Virus record (IMG/VR): IMGVR_UViG_3300020044_006136
Coordinates: 1 to 37,867 of that record
DNA length: 37,867 bases
Source of the DNA: a virus
Lineage: Duplodnaviria; Caudoviricetes
Strand: one strand, 5' to 3'
The notes under the pieces were generated by a model. That model saw nothing but the letters and a program-made list of their open reading frames with translations, did no database searches and had not been told where the DNA came from. Positions within the stretch are counted from its first letter, which is position 1; each line of letters opens with the position of its first letter. Of the stretch, positions 10,401 through 19,263 are shown in pieces. Both the position numbers and the translations under genes were made by a program.

Positions 10401-10636
10401 CCCCAGCTCCTTCTACTCCAATAGTTGGCAGACAGCTTATTCTCAGTGCCCTTAATGCCGCCTGATCGGGCGCAGTAGGACTTCTTATTGGCGGGTGAAG
10501 ATTTCTTAATACTCATGTTGGCATCGCCAAAACGAACAACCTTGGACTTGCCGTTCTGGCAGGCTCTCACGACCGACTTCTTGCCGCCTTGGACATCACG
10601 CCGAGGCTTGTTACATGGTAAATCGCGTGGGTTCAT
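10391..10636 (-). CDS. Conserved basic phage protein (81 aa; VVRFGD...SYCAR...SANYWSRRxW)
   Basis: ATG at 10636 overlaps the upstream TGA; motif common in phage late regions. Confidence 0.65.
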   Translation of the reverse strand: MNPRDLPCNKPRRDVQGGKKSVVRACQNGKSKVVRFGDANMSIKKSSPANKKSYCARSGGIKGTENKLSANYWSRRSWGCK

Positions 10637-10806
10637 TTTCTCACTTTGCGATAGCGCACCCAGACTGAGTAGATGCCAGCAAAAATAGCCAAGAGCGAGG
10701 CAATGATTCGCAAGGCCCAATCCAATTGCTCCTGCCAAGCGGCAATAGAGGATGATGCGCTAACCACTGCAAGAATGTCGCCGCTAATGTGTCGTGGATA
10801 GTTCAT
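10633..10806 (-). CDS. Small membrane protein, holin-like (57 aa)
   Basis: MNYPRHIS...WALRIIASLLAIFAGIYSVWVRYRKVRK: TM helix plus basic tail; ATGA overlaps at both ends. Confidence 0.6.
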   Translation of the reverse strand: MNYPRHISGDILAVVSASSSIAAWQEQLDWALRIIASLLAIFAGIYSVWVRYRKVRK

Positions 10807-11264
10807 TTGCCAGAAGACAGAGACATTTTGTGCTCAGTGCGAACACCGAACCAGTAGCCCACGGAAATGGAGAACATACCAAATGTGGACGTGATGATGA
10901 AGTTCATTAGCTCAGGTTGTTCACTACGATACCACACGGCGAGTGTTGTAGAGCTAATCCAGAGGGCCACAGTGAGGCCGGGACGGAACAGGGCAATGAT
11001 GTCAGAAACAACGCCAGAGCTAGGACGAGCGGCAGCCTGAGCGTCAATGGCTTTACCAAAGAGCGTGGCACTGGTTTCCTCGGTCGTCTGCCGCAGATTG
11101 ATTTCAGCTTTCTGCAAATCAATTTGAGACACTACCTTCAGCTCTTCCATACGCATGGAATGCTTGTCCTTTGCCTCCTTCATGGAGAGCCACTTTTGAA
11201 AGATGGCTCCCCCGAGTCCTAAGACGCCACCTAATGGACCGGCTAGTAGTGTTGAGATGTCCAT
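10803..11264 (-). CDS. Putative 3-TM holin family protein
   Basis: N-terminal hydrophobic helix, coiled coil, RPGLT motif, C-terminal GYWFGxR. Confidence 0.65.
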   Translation of the reverse strand: MDISTLLAGPLGGVLGLGGAIFQKWLSMKEAKDKHSMRMEELKVVSQIDLQKAEINLRQTTEETSATLFGKAIDAQAAARPSSGVVSDIIALFRPGLTVALWISSTTLAVWYRSEQPELMNFIITSTFGMFSISVGYWFGVRTEHKMSLSSGK

Positions 11265-11359
11265 AAGTGATCGTATTTTATGCGTTAAGCCCCCAAAGTG
11301 ACGCTAACTCCTAATTTACTATCTATTAGGAAGGCCCGTTAGACGCCATTCCTTGCGAT

Positions 11360-11524
11360 TTAAGCCGTTTCGTCCTTTAGCTCGACTACTTTGCCGTCCC
11401 CCTTGGGTTTAATGGCTTCAAGGACAACATCAGCGGATTGCTTGATGATGTCATGCTCCTCTGCGGTGAGTTGAGCGCGACGGGATGCGGTATACAGATT
11501 GTTAAGTGCTTGGATAGGTGTCAT
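11360..11524 (-). CDS. Hypothetical protein (54 aa, MTPIQALNNLYTASRR...)
   Basis: Read manually; fills the gap. Confidence 0.55.
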   Translation of the reverse strand: MTPIQALNNLYTASRRAQLTAEEHDIIKQSADVVLEAIKPKGDGKVVELKDETA

Positions 11525-11552
11525 CGCCAGAAATCGTGTTAGCTAACGAAGA

Positions 11553-12074
11553 TCAGTCAAACTTTTTCATATAGCTGCTGTCAATTTGATCGCTGGTCAA
11601 AACTACGAAGAGGCCGGTTTGTGGCTCAAAATTAAGCAGGCCGCGCTCCGTAAACACCATATTCAGGGCATGACCAGTGGTGTTCGTGGGCATATACCAG
11701 CGGGTTCCCACTGCAATGCCCTCTGCCGGAATAGAGCTATGGAACGCCTGAGCAAAATAGCGTTTCTGGCAATAGACCTCAAAGGCAGATGCAAACAACG
11801 TGCATTGGCTTCTGTTGTCCCACTTTGCCACGCCAAACTGACCAGAAGATAGCTCTTTGCGGAAGTCATCGTAGGCCCATAGCAGCCATGCGCTATTAAC
11901 CTCCGCATAGAGCGACTTGCCCGTCTGCGCACCATTTACAGCTAAATACACAGCCTCCTTGGAGATTGTGCGTCCAGTGAACATCGTTGGCTCGCCAGAA
12001 CGCTTGGAGCATCCAACTAGCGCAGCCAACGAGGCCAATGCGAATAGCAGAAATAGTGACAGCAGACGAGGCAT
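11553..12074 (-). CDS. Lipoprotein with putative papain/transglutaminase-like Cys-His-Glu triad
   Basis: Signal peptide plus lipobox LVGC; QCTLFA...GHALN...FEPQ. Confidence 0.55.
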   Translation of the reverse strand: MPRLLSLFLLFALASLAALVGCSKRSGEPTMFTGRTISKEAVYLAVNGAQTGKSLYAEVNSAWLLWAYDDFRKELSSGQFGVAKWDNRSQCTLFASAFEVYCQKRYFAQAFHSSIPAEGIAVGTRWYMPTNTTGHALNMVFTERGLLNFEPQTGLFVVLTSDQIDSSYMKKFD

Positions 12075-12076
12075 AC

Positions 12077-12358
12077 TTAGTCGGAGGCAGGCTCATCAGC
12101 GGGCTTAATTGAGTTCGCGTATTCCTGACGGGCAATAGCTGCCACTGCCGCCGAAACCTCGGCATAGGTGTAGGTGAGTTCGCCCACGGTGATGGTCTTG
12201 TCGCTATTTAGCGGCCACGTCACCTGCGTCCACGGCGCGACAAACGTCTGCTCGCCGATAACGGTGCGCTGCTCGAAATAGGCCGTAGCAATAGGAGACT
12301 CGCCTTGCGGGTCGGTCTGAATGCGTTGGAGGGTGGTGGTAACGGTTGGTTCGCTCAT
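12077..12358 (-). CDS. Tail-fibre-associated protein/chaperone (93 aa)
   Basis: Likely start ATG at 12358 (MSEPTVTT), directly downstream of the fibre gene. Confidence 0.55.
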   Translation of the reverse strand: MSEPTVTTTLQRIQTDPQGESPIATAYFEQRTVIGEQTFVAPWTQVTWPLNSDKTITVGELTYTYAEVSAAVAAIARQEYANSIKPADEPASD

Positions 12359-12381
12359 GGTGGTGATGGGTTGAGAGTTGA

Positions 12382-14196
12382 TTAGGCGATGGTCGCAAGG
12401 TAAGAGCCGGTGACCATCCAGCCGCGCGTGGTGACGTAAACGAGCGACACGGTGTCGCCCGCGTTGGTGAACGTCACGGTGGTGAATCCGGTCTTGGTGG
12501 TCGGTGTGAGGACGCCAGAGCCGCCGTCCACATCGTGAACAATCGTGAGCCGTTGGCCGTCCACACCATTCGCGAGCGTCAAAGCCTGCGCGGCTCCCGT
12601 TGAAGTGAATTTGACGAGGCTGGTCGTGATCGGAATTGCGCCCGCGCCGCTGAGAGTTGCGGAGCCGGTAATCACCGCGGAAGCGAACGAAATTCCGGTG
12701 CCAGCCGTGTAATTCCAAACCTCCACGCCAGCGGAATCGTCACGAATTTTGAGAGTGGTCGAGTTCCAGCTTTGCGTAAACTGGCGACCGTTGCTCATTA
12801 CAATCGGTCCGTTGGGCAGATTGACCTGACTTGTCACCGTCACCGCGCTCCCGAAGGCGGCGGCGCCCCCCACATTCACCGCCCCGCCCACGCCCACGCC
12901 GCCAGTCACGACGAGTGCGCCTGACGTGGTGTTGGTGGAGGCGGTCGTATTCACTACCGTAACAATGGCCCCAGACCCGAACGCTGCGGTGGTGCCGTTA
13001 AACGTCAGCCCTGCCGCCGAGTCGTTTCCGCGCCGAAGATAAAGCGTGCCGCCCGTGGGCGCGTTTAGAATTGTGTAAGACTGATTTCCGCTCAGAGCGG
13101 CGAGTGCCGATGTGGTGGTGCCTACGTCTCGAAAAAACACCGATGACTCGTTTGAAATTGCACTAGCTGAAATGCGGATTCCATTGGTGGCGGTTGATTG
13201 TCCAGCAAGGATGTCGCCCCCAAAATACCCCGCCCCGCCCACGCCCACGCCGCCCGCAACTTGCAACGCGCCCGAGGTGGTGGAGGTGCTGGCGGTGGTG
13301 GAGGCAATCGAGAAATCTCCACTCGTAGCCGCCATCGTCATTTTGGTGGTGCCGCCTTGCCGGAAAAATAAACTGCCACCCGAAACAGGTGTATTGATGA
13401 TCGTGCTCGTTCCGTCGCTGGCGACCATGTAATTTGTCGAGGCCGGTGAGGAGGTGCCGCCATGCAACACCGTCCAGTTGCCGCCAAATCCATTATTCCC
13501 AATGGTGAGCGGTTGATTGGAGCCCGTGCCTTTGGGCGTCAGGACGATGTTGGCAACCGATGCAGCGGGCGTGGCCAGCACCAGACTCGCGCCGGATGCT
13601 CCTCCGCTCAAAGTTAGATTTGTCGCCGCCGCGCCCGCAGTGACCGTGCCGCCCGCAACGGCAAGATTGCCTGCACCGGAGATGTCGGTAGTGGTGCCGA
13701 TGAGAACATTGTGACCCATCGAAATTCGCATGTCCTCCGTGCCGTTGCTCCAGAACGTCGGGAAGTATCCACCAGAAGTCATGCCGCCCATGCGCACCTC
13801 GCCTGTGCCTGCGTGGACAGTCCACTCCGCGCGAACTGCGCCTGCGATGAACGCCTCGAAGCCTTGCCGTGCGCCGCCCGCGCTCCACGTGCGAATCAGC
13901 GGACTGGCCGCGCCAGAGATGGTGAGTGCGGGGGTTGTCGCGCTTCCGACTGTCAGCGTCGCGCCGCCCGTTGTGGACTGCCCCAGCACCAGACTCGCGC
14001 CCGAGCTACCGCCGGTGAGGGTGAGCGACGTAGTGGTCGGAGCTACAATAGACGGCGACGTAACACTCGTCTTAAACGACGGAGAACTCGCATCAATCTT
14101 GCGGGTTCCATTTACGGTTCCGTCAAGCGCAATGAAGTCGTCGCTAGCTGTCTGCGTTGCCGTAGTCGGCAGGTCTTTGATGCGAATGTCGGCCAT
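12382..14196 (-). CDS. Long tail fibre protein
   Basis: 604 aa Gly/Thr/Ala-rich with internal repeats TTASTxTTSGALxVxGGVGVGGA and LTLxGGxSGASLVL. Confidence 0.75.
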   Translation of the reverse strand: MADIRIKDLPTTATQTASDDFIALDGTVNGTRKIDASSPSFKTSVTSPSIVAPTTTSLTLTGGSSGASLVLGQSTTGGATLTVGSATTPALTISGAASPLIRTWSAGGARQGFEAFIAGAVRAEWTVHAGTGEVRMGGMTSGGYFPTFWSNGTEDMRISMGHNVLIGTTTDISGAGNLAVAGGTVTAGAAATNLTLSGGASGASLVLATPAASVANIVLTPKGTGSNQPLTIGNNGFGGNWTVLHGGTSSPASTNYMVASDGTSTIINTPVSGGSLFFRQGGTTKMTMAATSGDFSIASTTASTSTTSGALQVAGGVGVGGAGYFGGDILAGQSTATNGIRISASAISNESSVFFRDVGTTTSALAALSGNQSYTILNAPTGGTLYLRRGNDSAAGLTFNGTTAAFGSGAIVTVVNTTASTNTTSGALVVTGGVGVGGAVNVGGAAAFGSAVTVTSQVNLPNGPIVMSNGRQFTQSWNSTTLKIRDDSAGVEVWNYTAGTGISFASAVITGSATLSGAGAIPITTSLVKFTSTGAAQALTLANGVDGQRLTIVHDVDGGSGVLTPTTKTGFTTVTFTNAGDTVSLVYVTTRGWMVTGSYLATIA

Positions 14197-14197
14197 G

Positions 14198-14407
14198 TTA
14201 TGTAACTGCGATTAAAGGATTGGAAGAACTGTCAACAAATCTGTCACCCGCTGACGTAACCAGCGAATAGATGACATCAGGCGGGTTGGCATCATTTGGA
14301 GTCATCAACACGTCCGACCAAAACTCACGGTCGGCAAAAGCGGGACGTAGGCCAGCAAAATAGCCCATCTGCTTCGCGTTGATTGCACTCTCAAACGGGC
14401 TTTGCAT
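14198..14407 (-). CDS. Hypothetical virion protein
   Basis: 69 aa, coupled to its neighbours. Confidence 0.55.
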   Translation of the reverse strand: MQSPFESAINAKQMGYFAGLRPAFADREFWSDVLMTPNDANPPDVIYSLVTSAGDRFVDSSSNPLIAVT

Positions 14408-14733
14408 TAGAGGAAGTTAAGCTCCTGCACCTCAACCACAACATCAGTGCTGTCGTCTCGGATTGCCTTAGCCGCAAACGCCATATTGCGCGTCAAATAT
14501 GCCGTGCTACCATCAGAATAGATGAAGCCCTTGGTAGTGGTCGGATTACTGCCATCAAACGTCACGCGAGCATTTGCCCCAGTAAACTGAAATAAGACGT
14601 GGGTTGTATTTCCACTAAGCGAAAGACCACCAATCAACGCACCAGCCGTAGCACCAATAGTAACTTGAGTGTGGGCCGTGCCATACTGAGGGATTGCCTG
14701 AGATGGAGTGTTTACAATTTTAGCGTTAGCCAT
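14407..14733 (-). CDS. Small virion protein (paralog of 14735..15043)
   Basis: Start ATG at 14733; shared NAxVTFDGxxP motif. Confidence 0.6.
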   Translation of the reverse strand: MANAKIVNTPSQAIPQYGTAHTQVTIGATAGALIGGLSLSGNTTHVLFQFTGANARVTFDGSNPTTTKGFIYSDGSTAYLTRNMAFAAKAIRDDSTDVVVEVQELNFL

Positions 14734-14734
14734 T

Positions 14735-15043
14735 TTAGTGAGTGAATTGAGAGATTGCCGCAACTGCCGCGCCGCCACTGTGCTTAACCAGCTTCATGTT
14801 CTTGATGGCAATTTTATTAAACCAGCCAGCATACGGAGCCTCCAGCGTGTGGCCATTGGACGCACTTGGCGTGGTCCCATCAAACGTCACATACGCATTT
14901 CCTCCGTGTAGCGTGAAGAAGAACACGTTCGTCTTAGTATCGAAGTTGTTTGTAAACGATGTAGCTCCCGTGCCGACAGTGACTGTCTGCATCGGAGCCT
15001 GATCGTTCGATACAGGATAGAGGTTTACAACGTAAGAGTTCAT
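14735..15043 (-). CDS. Small virion protein
   Basis: GNAYVTFDGTTPSASNGH motif; ATGA overlap. Confidence 0.6.
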   Translation of the reverse strand: MNSYVVNLYPVSNDQAPMQTVTVGTGATSFTNNFDTKTNVFFFTLHGGNAYVTFDGTTPSASNGHTLEAPYAGWFNKIAIKNMKLVKHSGGAAVAAISQFTH

Positions 15044-15816
15044 CGGCTACGATAGGATCGGCTGGCGTGGGTTGAGATTCGATGGGATAATACACCAACG
15101 GAGCGTGTAACATCCACCTTCATTAACTGATCTTGAAGGATGCCTTCAGCGACTTTTTCCTCAATGAGAGCCTTCTCATTCTGTGCATCCAATCGAAGGA
15201 AATCCGCAAAAACTGCATGACCCAAATACTCATTCCACTCTTCGGGAATGTTGGTTGAGGTGGATGTATACGGACCATTCCACTCTTTCTTATACGTCAC
15301 AAAAACAGAGGAAGACGGAAGCGTGTCGCCCATCACATGGGCACCCTGCCCATCAACGTAATACTCAACCTCGACGGACGAGTATTGGAAGAACGGTTGA
15401 TAGCTCTTATGGATACGGAGGTAGGTGTCGATGGTGGGTGAACCGGCCTTCTCGTATGGAACAATGTTGCTGTTAAGCGTTGCCGTGCCCGTGCCACTAC
15501 CTACCCCCGTAGCCACAAATACAACGCCAACCGTGTTGGCAGAAGCCCCAATGCTCGTCCAGTTGGTGCTGCCTACGCTCAAAATGGTGTAGGTGTAGCC
15601 AACGACAAAGCTGCCAGCAGACACCGTAGTCGATAGATAGCTGCGATTCTCGCCAACCACAAGCCAACGAGGCCAAAAGTCCGACCCCTCATAGGCTAGC
15701 TTTGCGCGGCGATTGACTAGCGTGGTAATAAGCGTTTGCTCTTGAATCGTAAAGTCGGTCACTCCCGCAAGAGCGCACACCTGATTGTAAATAGAGCTGT
15801 ATGCGACTTCTTGCAT
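15040..15816 (-). CDS. Head-tail adaptor (T7 gp11-like) with an inserted beta module
   Basis: Position after capsid genes; helical ends; internal AGSFVVGYTYTILSVGSTNWTSIGA module. Confidence 0.55.
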   Translation of the reverse strand: MQEVAYSSIYNQVCALAGVTDFTIQEQTLITTLVNRRAKLAYEGSDFWPRWLVVGENRSYLSTTVSAGSFVVGYTYTILSVGSTNWTSIGASANTVGVVFVATGVGSGTGTATLNSNIVPYEKAGSPTIDTYLRIHKSYQPFFQYSSVEVEYYVDGQGAHVMGDTLPSSSVFVTYKKEWNGPYTSTSTNIPEEWNEYLGHAVFADFLRLDAQNEKALIEEKVAEGILQDQLMKVDVTRSVGVLSHRISTHASRSYRSR

Positions 15817-16127
15817 TAGAGTTTGTTTGGAGCCAAATTGGGGAAACGCTTCTGAAAGTCCTTAACAAAACCCTTGTCGTGCATGGCTTCATGGCCATAC
15901 TTGTTGCGCAGATTGAACCACTCCCACGCTGGCGTAACCGCAACGCAGCGCATTCCTTTGATGTGAGCCTTCTGTGTATCTTTGATACGCTGCACCTCTT
16001 GGGCGCAAATCGTTTCCCGCTCATTCTCCCAAGCCTGTTTTAGCGCAATCCCCGTGGTAATTTCGCGCATCAACGCACGATTGACTTCACCGTCTGAATA
16101 ACGAGGGATTGACGTAATGATTTCCAT
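15816..16127 (-). CDS. Hypothetical protein (103 aa)
   Basis: Start ATG at 16127 directly after the terminator U-tract. Confidence 0.65.
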   Translation of the reverse strand: MEIITSIPRYSDGEVNRALMREITTGIALKQAWENERETICAQEVQRIKDTQKAHIKGMRCVAVTPAWEWFNLRNKYGHEAMHDKGFVKDFQKRFPNLAPNKL

Positions 16128-16164
16128 AAAAAAGCCCGTGCAGTATTCTACCACACGGGCTTTT
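16128..16164 (-). terminator. Rho-independent terminator after the capsid gene; loop carries an extended -10
   Basis: AAAAGCCCGTG-TGGTAGAATACTG-CACGGGCTTTTTT on the minus strand. Confidence 0.75.
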
Positions 16165-16180
16165 GATAGCAACTGTTTAA

Positions 16181-17155
16181 TTAGGCGACAACCGTAATCT
16201 TGCCGTGGGCAAGCGGGCTGAACACCTGAAGACCAGCAGCGGCATCAACGAAGCCACGCTGACCACCACCCTGATCGGGAACCCGGGTGGAACCGAGGCT
16301 CATCAGTTCAGCAACACCGATGTAGCTCGGGTTGATGATGTAGCCGCGGGACGAATCGGGCAAGCACGCAGGATTGCCGTTGATGACGGTGATGAGACCG
16401 AAGTCGCTGTCGTAGGTGTTCACCGAGAGCGTGATTTCCTTGTCCGTCGCCATCTGATTGACGTGATAGACGTTCTCGTTGGTGTTGTTGTCCGAACGAG
16501 CAAAGCCAGAGATGGTCCGGCGAAGGGTCGTGCCAGCAACGAGCGAGAGCTTATCCACCGTGCCGGTCTGGCTAAAGATGGAGGCAACAAGACCGTTGAG
16601 GACGTTCTCCGTGAACGTGCCCGTAGCGTGGATGGACGCAGTAGGAGTGCGGAAGTTGCTCGGAACGTCAGAACCGGGGGTGTTGGAGGTCCAGAGACCA
16701 AGGCCACGGCTGACGTAACGGGCCGAAGCACCGTCTTCAACCGAGCGGTCTTGATCGCCACAGACCACCTTCTCCATGTCGCGTTTAAGCTCACGGATAG
16801 CTTTCGATTCAGCCTCCGCAATCTTGGCGGGACCAACAGACTCAACAGCCTGCTGGAGTTGGCTCACCATGAAGTCACGGCGGAAGAGCTGGATGTAGTT
16901 GCCAAGACGAGCGCGACCAGCGAACTTGTCCGCAAAGCTCGTGATGTCAGCACCTTCCTGAATGCCCGTAGACGACGGGGTAGCGAGCACGTCCACAGTC
17001 CACTCATTGAAGGTGGCGGTGGCTTTGCTTTTATTGGCGAGCGAGAGGACCGGAGTCTCCTCGGGAGCCAGAATGGTCAGAACGTCCGTGAGGTCTTCAC
17101 GATTGGAGACGCCCGAACCGGGATTGGTAACATTGTAAGTATTGGAAAAGGCCAT
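16181..17155 (-). CDS. Major capsid protein (DUF5309/SU10-like)
   Basis: NREDLTDVL...ETP...EWTVD...EGAD...GNYIQLF...KELKRDME pattern; strong codon bias; follows the scaffold gene. Confidence 0.85.
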   Translation of the reverse strand: MAFSNTYNVTNPGSGVSNREDLTDVLTILAPEETPVLSLANKSKATATFNEWTVDVLATPSSTGIQEGADITSFADKFAGRARLGNYIQLFRRDFMVSQLQQAVESVGPAKIAEAESKAIRELKRDMEKVVCGDQDRSVEDGASARYVSRGLGLWTSNTPGSDVPSNFRTPTASIHATGTFTENVLNGLVASIFSQTGTVDKLSLVAGTTLRRTISGFARSDNNTNENVYHVNQMATDKEITLSVNTYDSDFGLITVINGNPACLPDSSRGYIINPSYIGVAELMSLGSTRVPDQGGGQRGFVDAAAGLQVFSPLAHGKITVVA

Positions 17156-17160
17156 GATAG

Positions 17161-18249
17161 TTAGATTTTAGAGTGTTGAAGAGCACGAATTGCTTTGAAG
17201 TCCTTGTAACTTCCGCTTTTCCCAAAGCGGCTGGAGAGGTCATTCAGAGCCTTCGACTGACGAGTCTCGGGCTGACTGGATTCTGCTGATTGGCTAACTA
17301 CGGGAGACGGCGGGGAAAGGCGTTGCGTAGGCTTTACGTCAACGGAGCGACGTGCATACAGGCTATTGGCTGCATGAGCCAACAAGTAGGGCAATTGAGG
17401 AGCAATCTCGGGCAGGATTTTTTCAATATCCCGAATCCGATCATCTCCAATCATCGCCTCATACTGCTTTCGCACATCATTGTCCTCTCCTTGCATCCAA
17501 GGAAGCTCTGTCTTTGCCCGTTCAACTAGGGCATTCTTGAAGGCTTTGCGGTCTTCGCTAACTTTGATCTGTTTGTCCTGATCGGGCAAATAGACCTCTT
17601 TTGCTTTTCGCGCCTTCCGCAGGGCTTCCTTGATTTCGCGTTTGCTGTAGTCCTTTCCGTTAACATTCGTCAAAATGTCGTCGGAACCAAGTTCCTCACC
17701 CTTTTCGAGCAAGTCGTCGGCCCAGTCAATAACCTCAGTGACTTCCTGATATTTCGACTTGAGGTCGGTAGGGTTGTCAATGTTGGCGTAGGGATTATCC
17801 TTCACCGTGGCTTCCAACTGGTTTGAACTACGTTTGGCAATGTCGGCTTTAAGTGCTTCCAGTTGCTCCTCGGCTGCTTTACGCTTGGCGGTGAGTTCGC
17901 CATAACGGGCGACCGCTTTGCTACCGAGTTTCTGGGAAAGCTCTTTAAGCTCTGCCTCGCTCATGCTATCCAAATCAACGTCCTTAGAAAGAACTCTTTG
18001 CTCCTCTTTGGCATCTGGTTCCGAGGGATTAGGCGCAGGCTCTTCTTGCCGCACCTCCTCCTTGGGAGCTTCAATGACATCGGGAGCCACCTCTTGCGAC
18101 TCTTGGTTGAGTTTCTCGGGCGATTTTTGCGCCTTAGGAACATCCCCTAGAGCCTTATACCGCATAGCGACTAGCTCGCTATTTGACATATTTTTCACCA
18201 CAGGTTTTTGGTCGGCTCCTGCGTTAGCCGTTTGGACTTCAGTAGACAT
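17161..18249 (-). CDS. Capsid scaffolding protein
   Basis: Acidic coiled-coil protein directly upstream of the major capsid gene. Confidence 0.7.
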   Translation of the reverse strand: MSTEVQTANAGADQKPVVKNMSNSELVAMRYKALGDVPKAQKSPEKLNQESQEVAPDVIEAPKEEVRQEEPAPNPSEPDAKEEQRVLSKDVDLDSMSEAELKELSQKLGSKAVARYGELTAKRKAAEEQLEALKADIAKRSSNQLEATVKDNPYANIDNPTDLKSKYQEVTEVIDWADDLLEKGEELGSDDILTNVNGKDYSKREIKEALRKARKAKEVYLPDQDKQIKVSEDRKAFKNALVERAKTELPWMQGEDNDVRKQYEAMIGDDRIRDIEKILPEIAPQLPYLLAHAANSLYARRSVDVKPTQRLSPPSPVVSQSAESSQPETRQSKALNDLSSRFGKSGSYKDFKAIRALQHSKI

Positions 18250-18296
18250 AGGTTGCCGTCTTTACGCCACGGGCATTGCGAAATCGGAGTATAGCA

Positions 18297-18554
18297 CTAT
18301 CCCGGCAAACCATGCGACATCCGCACGGCTCGCTTCATCAGAAGGCTATGATAGTTGCAGAGGGTTAGGATTTCATCATACACCTGAATCTTGCCGCTAA
18401 TCTCGCGCAGACGCCCCTCGGGCGCACGCTGCATTTGGCTAATAGCACTCTCTCGGCCAGCGGAAATCCAGTCTAGAAAATCAAGAAACTGCTCACGATC
18501 AGACAGAAACGCCATTGGTTGTTCAAGTGGATGCTTCTTGTTGAAAATGTTCAT
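18297..18554 (-). CDS. Small protein between portal and scaffold
   Basis: 85 aa in a typical position. Confidence 0.6.
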   Translation of the reverse strand: MNIFNKKHPLEQPMAFLSDREQFLDFLDWISAGRESAISQMQRAPEGRLREISGKIQVYDEILTLCNYHSLLMKRAVRMSHGLPG

Positions 18555-18645
18555 GCCTATTAGAGATAGTAATTGCTGCGGACTGTCAATGGATTTTGCT
18601 TGACGAAAATCTTAAATCCCCCCTTAACAACCCCCGTTGTACCAA

Positions 18646-19263
18646 ATGACATTAAACACAAATCCAAAGAATCAAAGTCTGCTTTCAGTGCGAAGAAATG
18701 AACTGATCCAGAAAGCAACAAAAGCAGAACTTCACATAAAAAGACTTCTTGAAGAAATTGGTGATAATTTCTGCTTTCAAAAGGGATTCTTTAATCAATC
18801 AACCCACTACATCGTAGACTTTTACATCAAAAAACGTAAGAAGCTATGCTTAGAGATTGATGGCGGGTATCACTTGAATCCATCTCAAATTATCTACGAT
18901 AGAAATCGGGACTGGTTCTTGACGGAAGTGCGTGGATTTACGGTTAAAAGAATAACCAATGAGCAAGCATTCAAGATGAATGCTGCTGATTTAGTTTCCG
19001 CTATTGAGACTACTGAACGCTTTGAGTGTTCACTTGCCCCATTTGTGCTGGAGCGGTGCCAACACGCCCAATCTGAGCATTCTGCATTTGAGTTAGGGCA
19101 AACTGATACTGCTGGGCATATTTCTCAAGGCGTCCACGGAACGCCTCATCTTGCTCCACTCGTTGAGCAACATCTGGCTGAGAGACGTATTGCTGAATCA
19201 CCTGAAGAGCAATCTGAGCACCATTGGGGCGTGCAGGCATTTCGATGCCAGCAAAAATCTTAG
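18646..19263 (+). CDS. DUF559/Vsr-like endonuclease, antisense to the late operon
   Basis: TKAE...FxFQ...YIVDF...LEIDGGYH...DRNRD...RITN motif; 3' end overlaps the portal gene. Confidence 0.8.
   Translation: MTLNTNPKNQSLLSVRRNELIQKATKAELHIKRLLEEIGDNFCFQKGFFNQSTHYIVDFYIKKRKKLCLEIDGGYHLNPSQIIYDRNRDWFLTEVRGFTVKRITNEQAFKMNAADLVSAIETTERFECSLAPFVLERCQHAQSEHSAFELGQTDTAGHISQGVHGTPHLAPLVEQHLAERRIAESPEEQSEHHWGVQAFRCQQKS

Noticed and set aside
16205-17164. 319-aa plus-strand ORF, and similar ones at 22416, 7931 and 26428
   Set aside because: Antisense shadows of codon-biased real genes.
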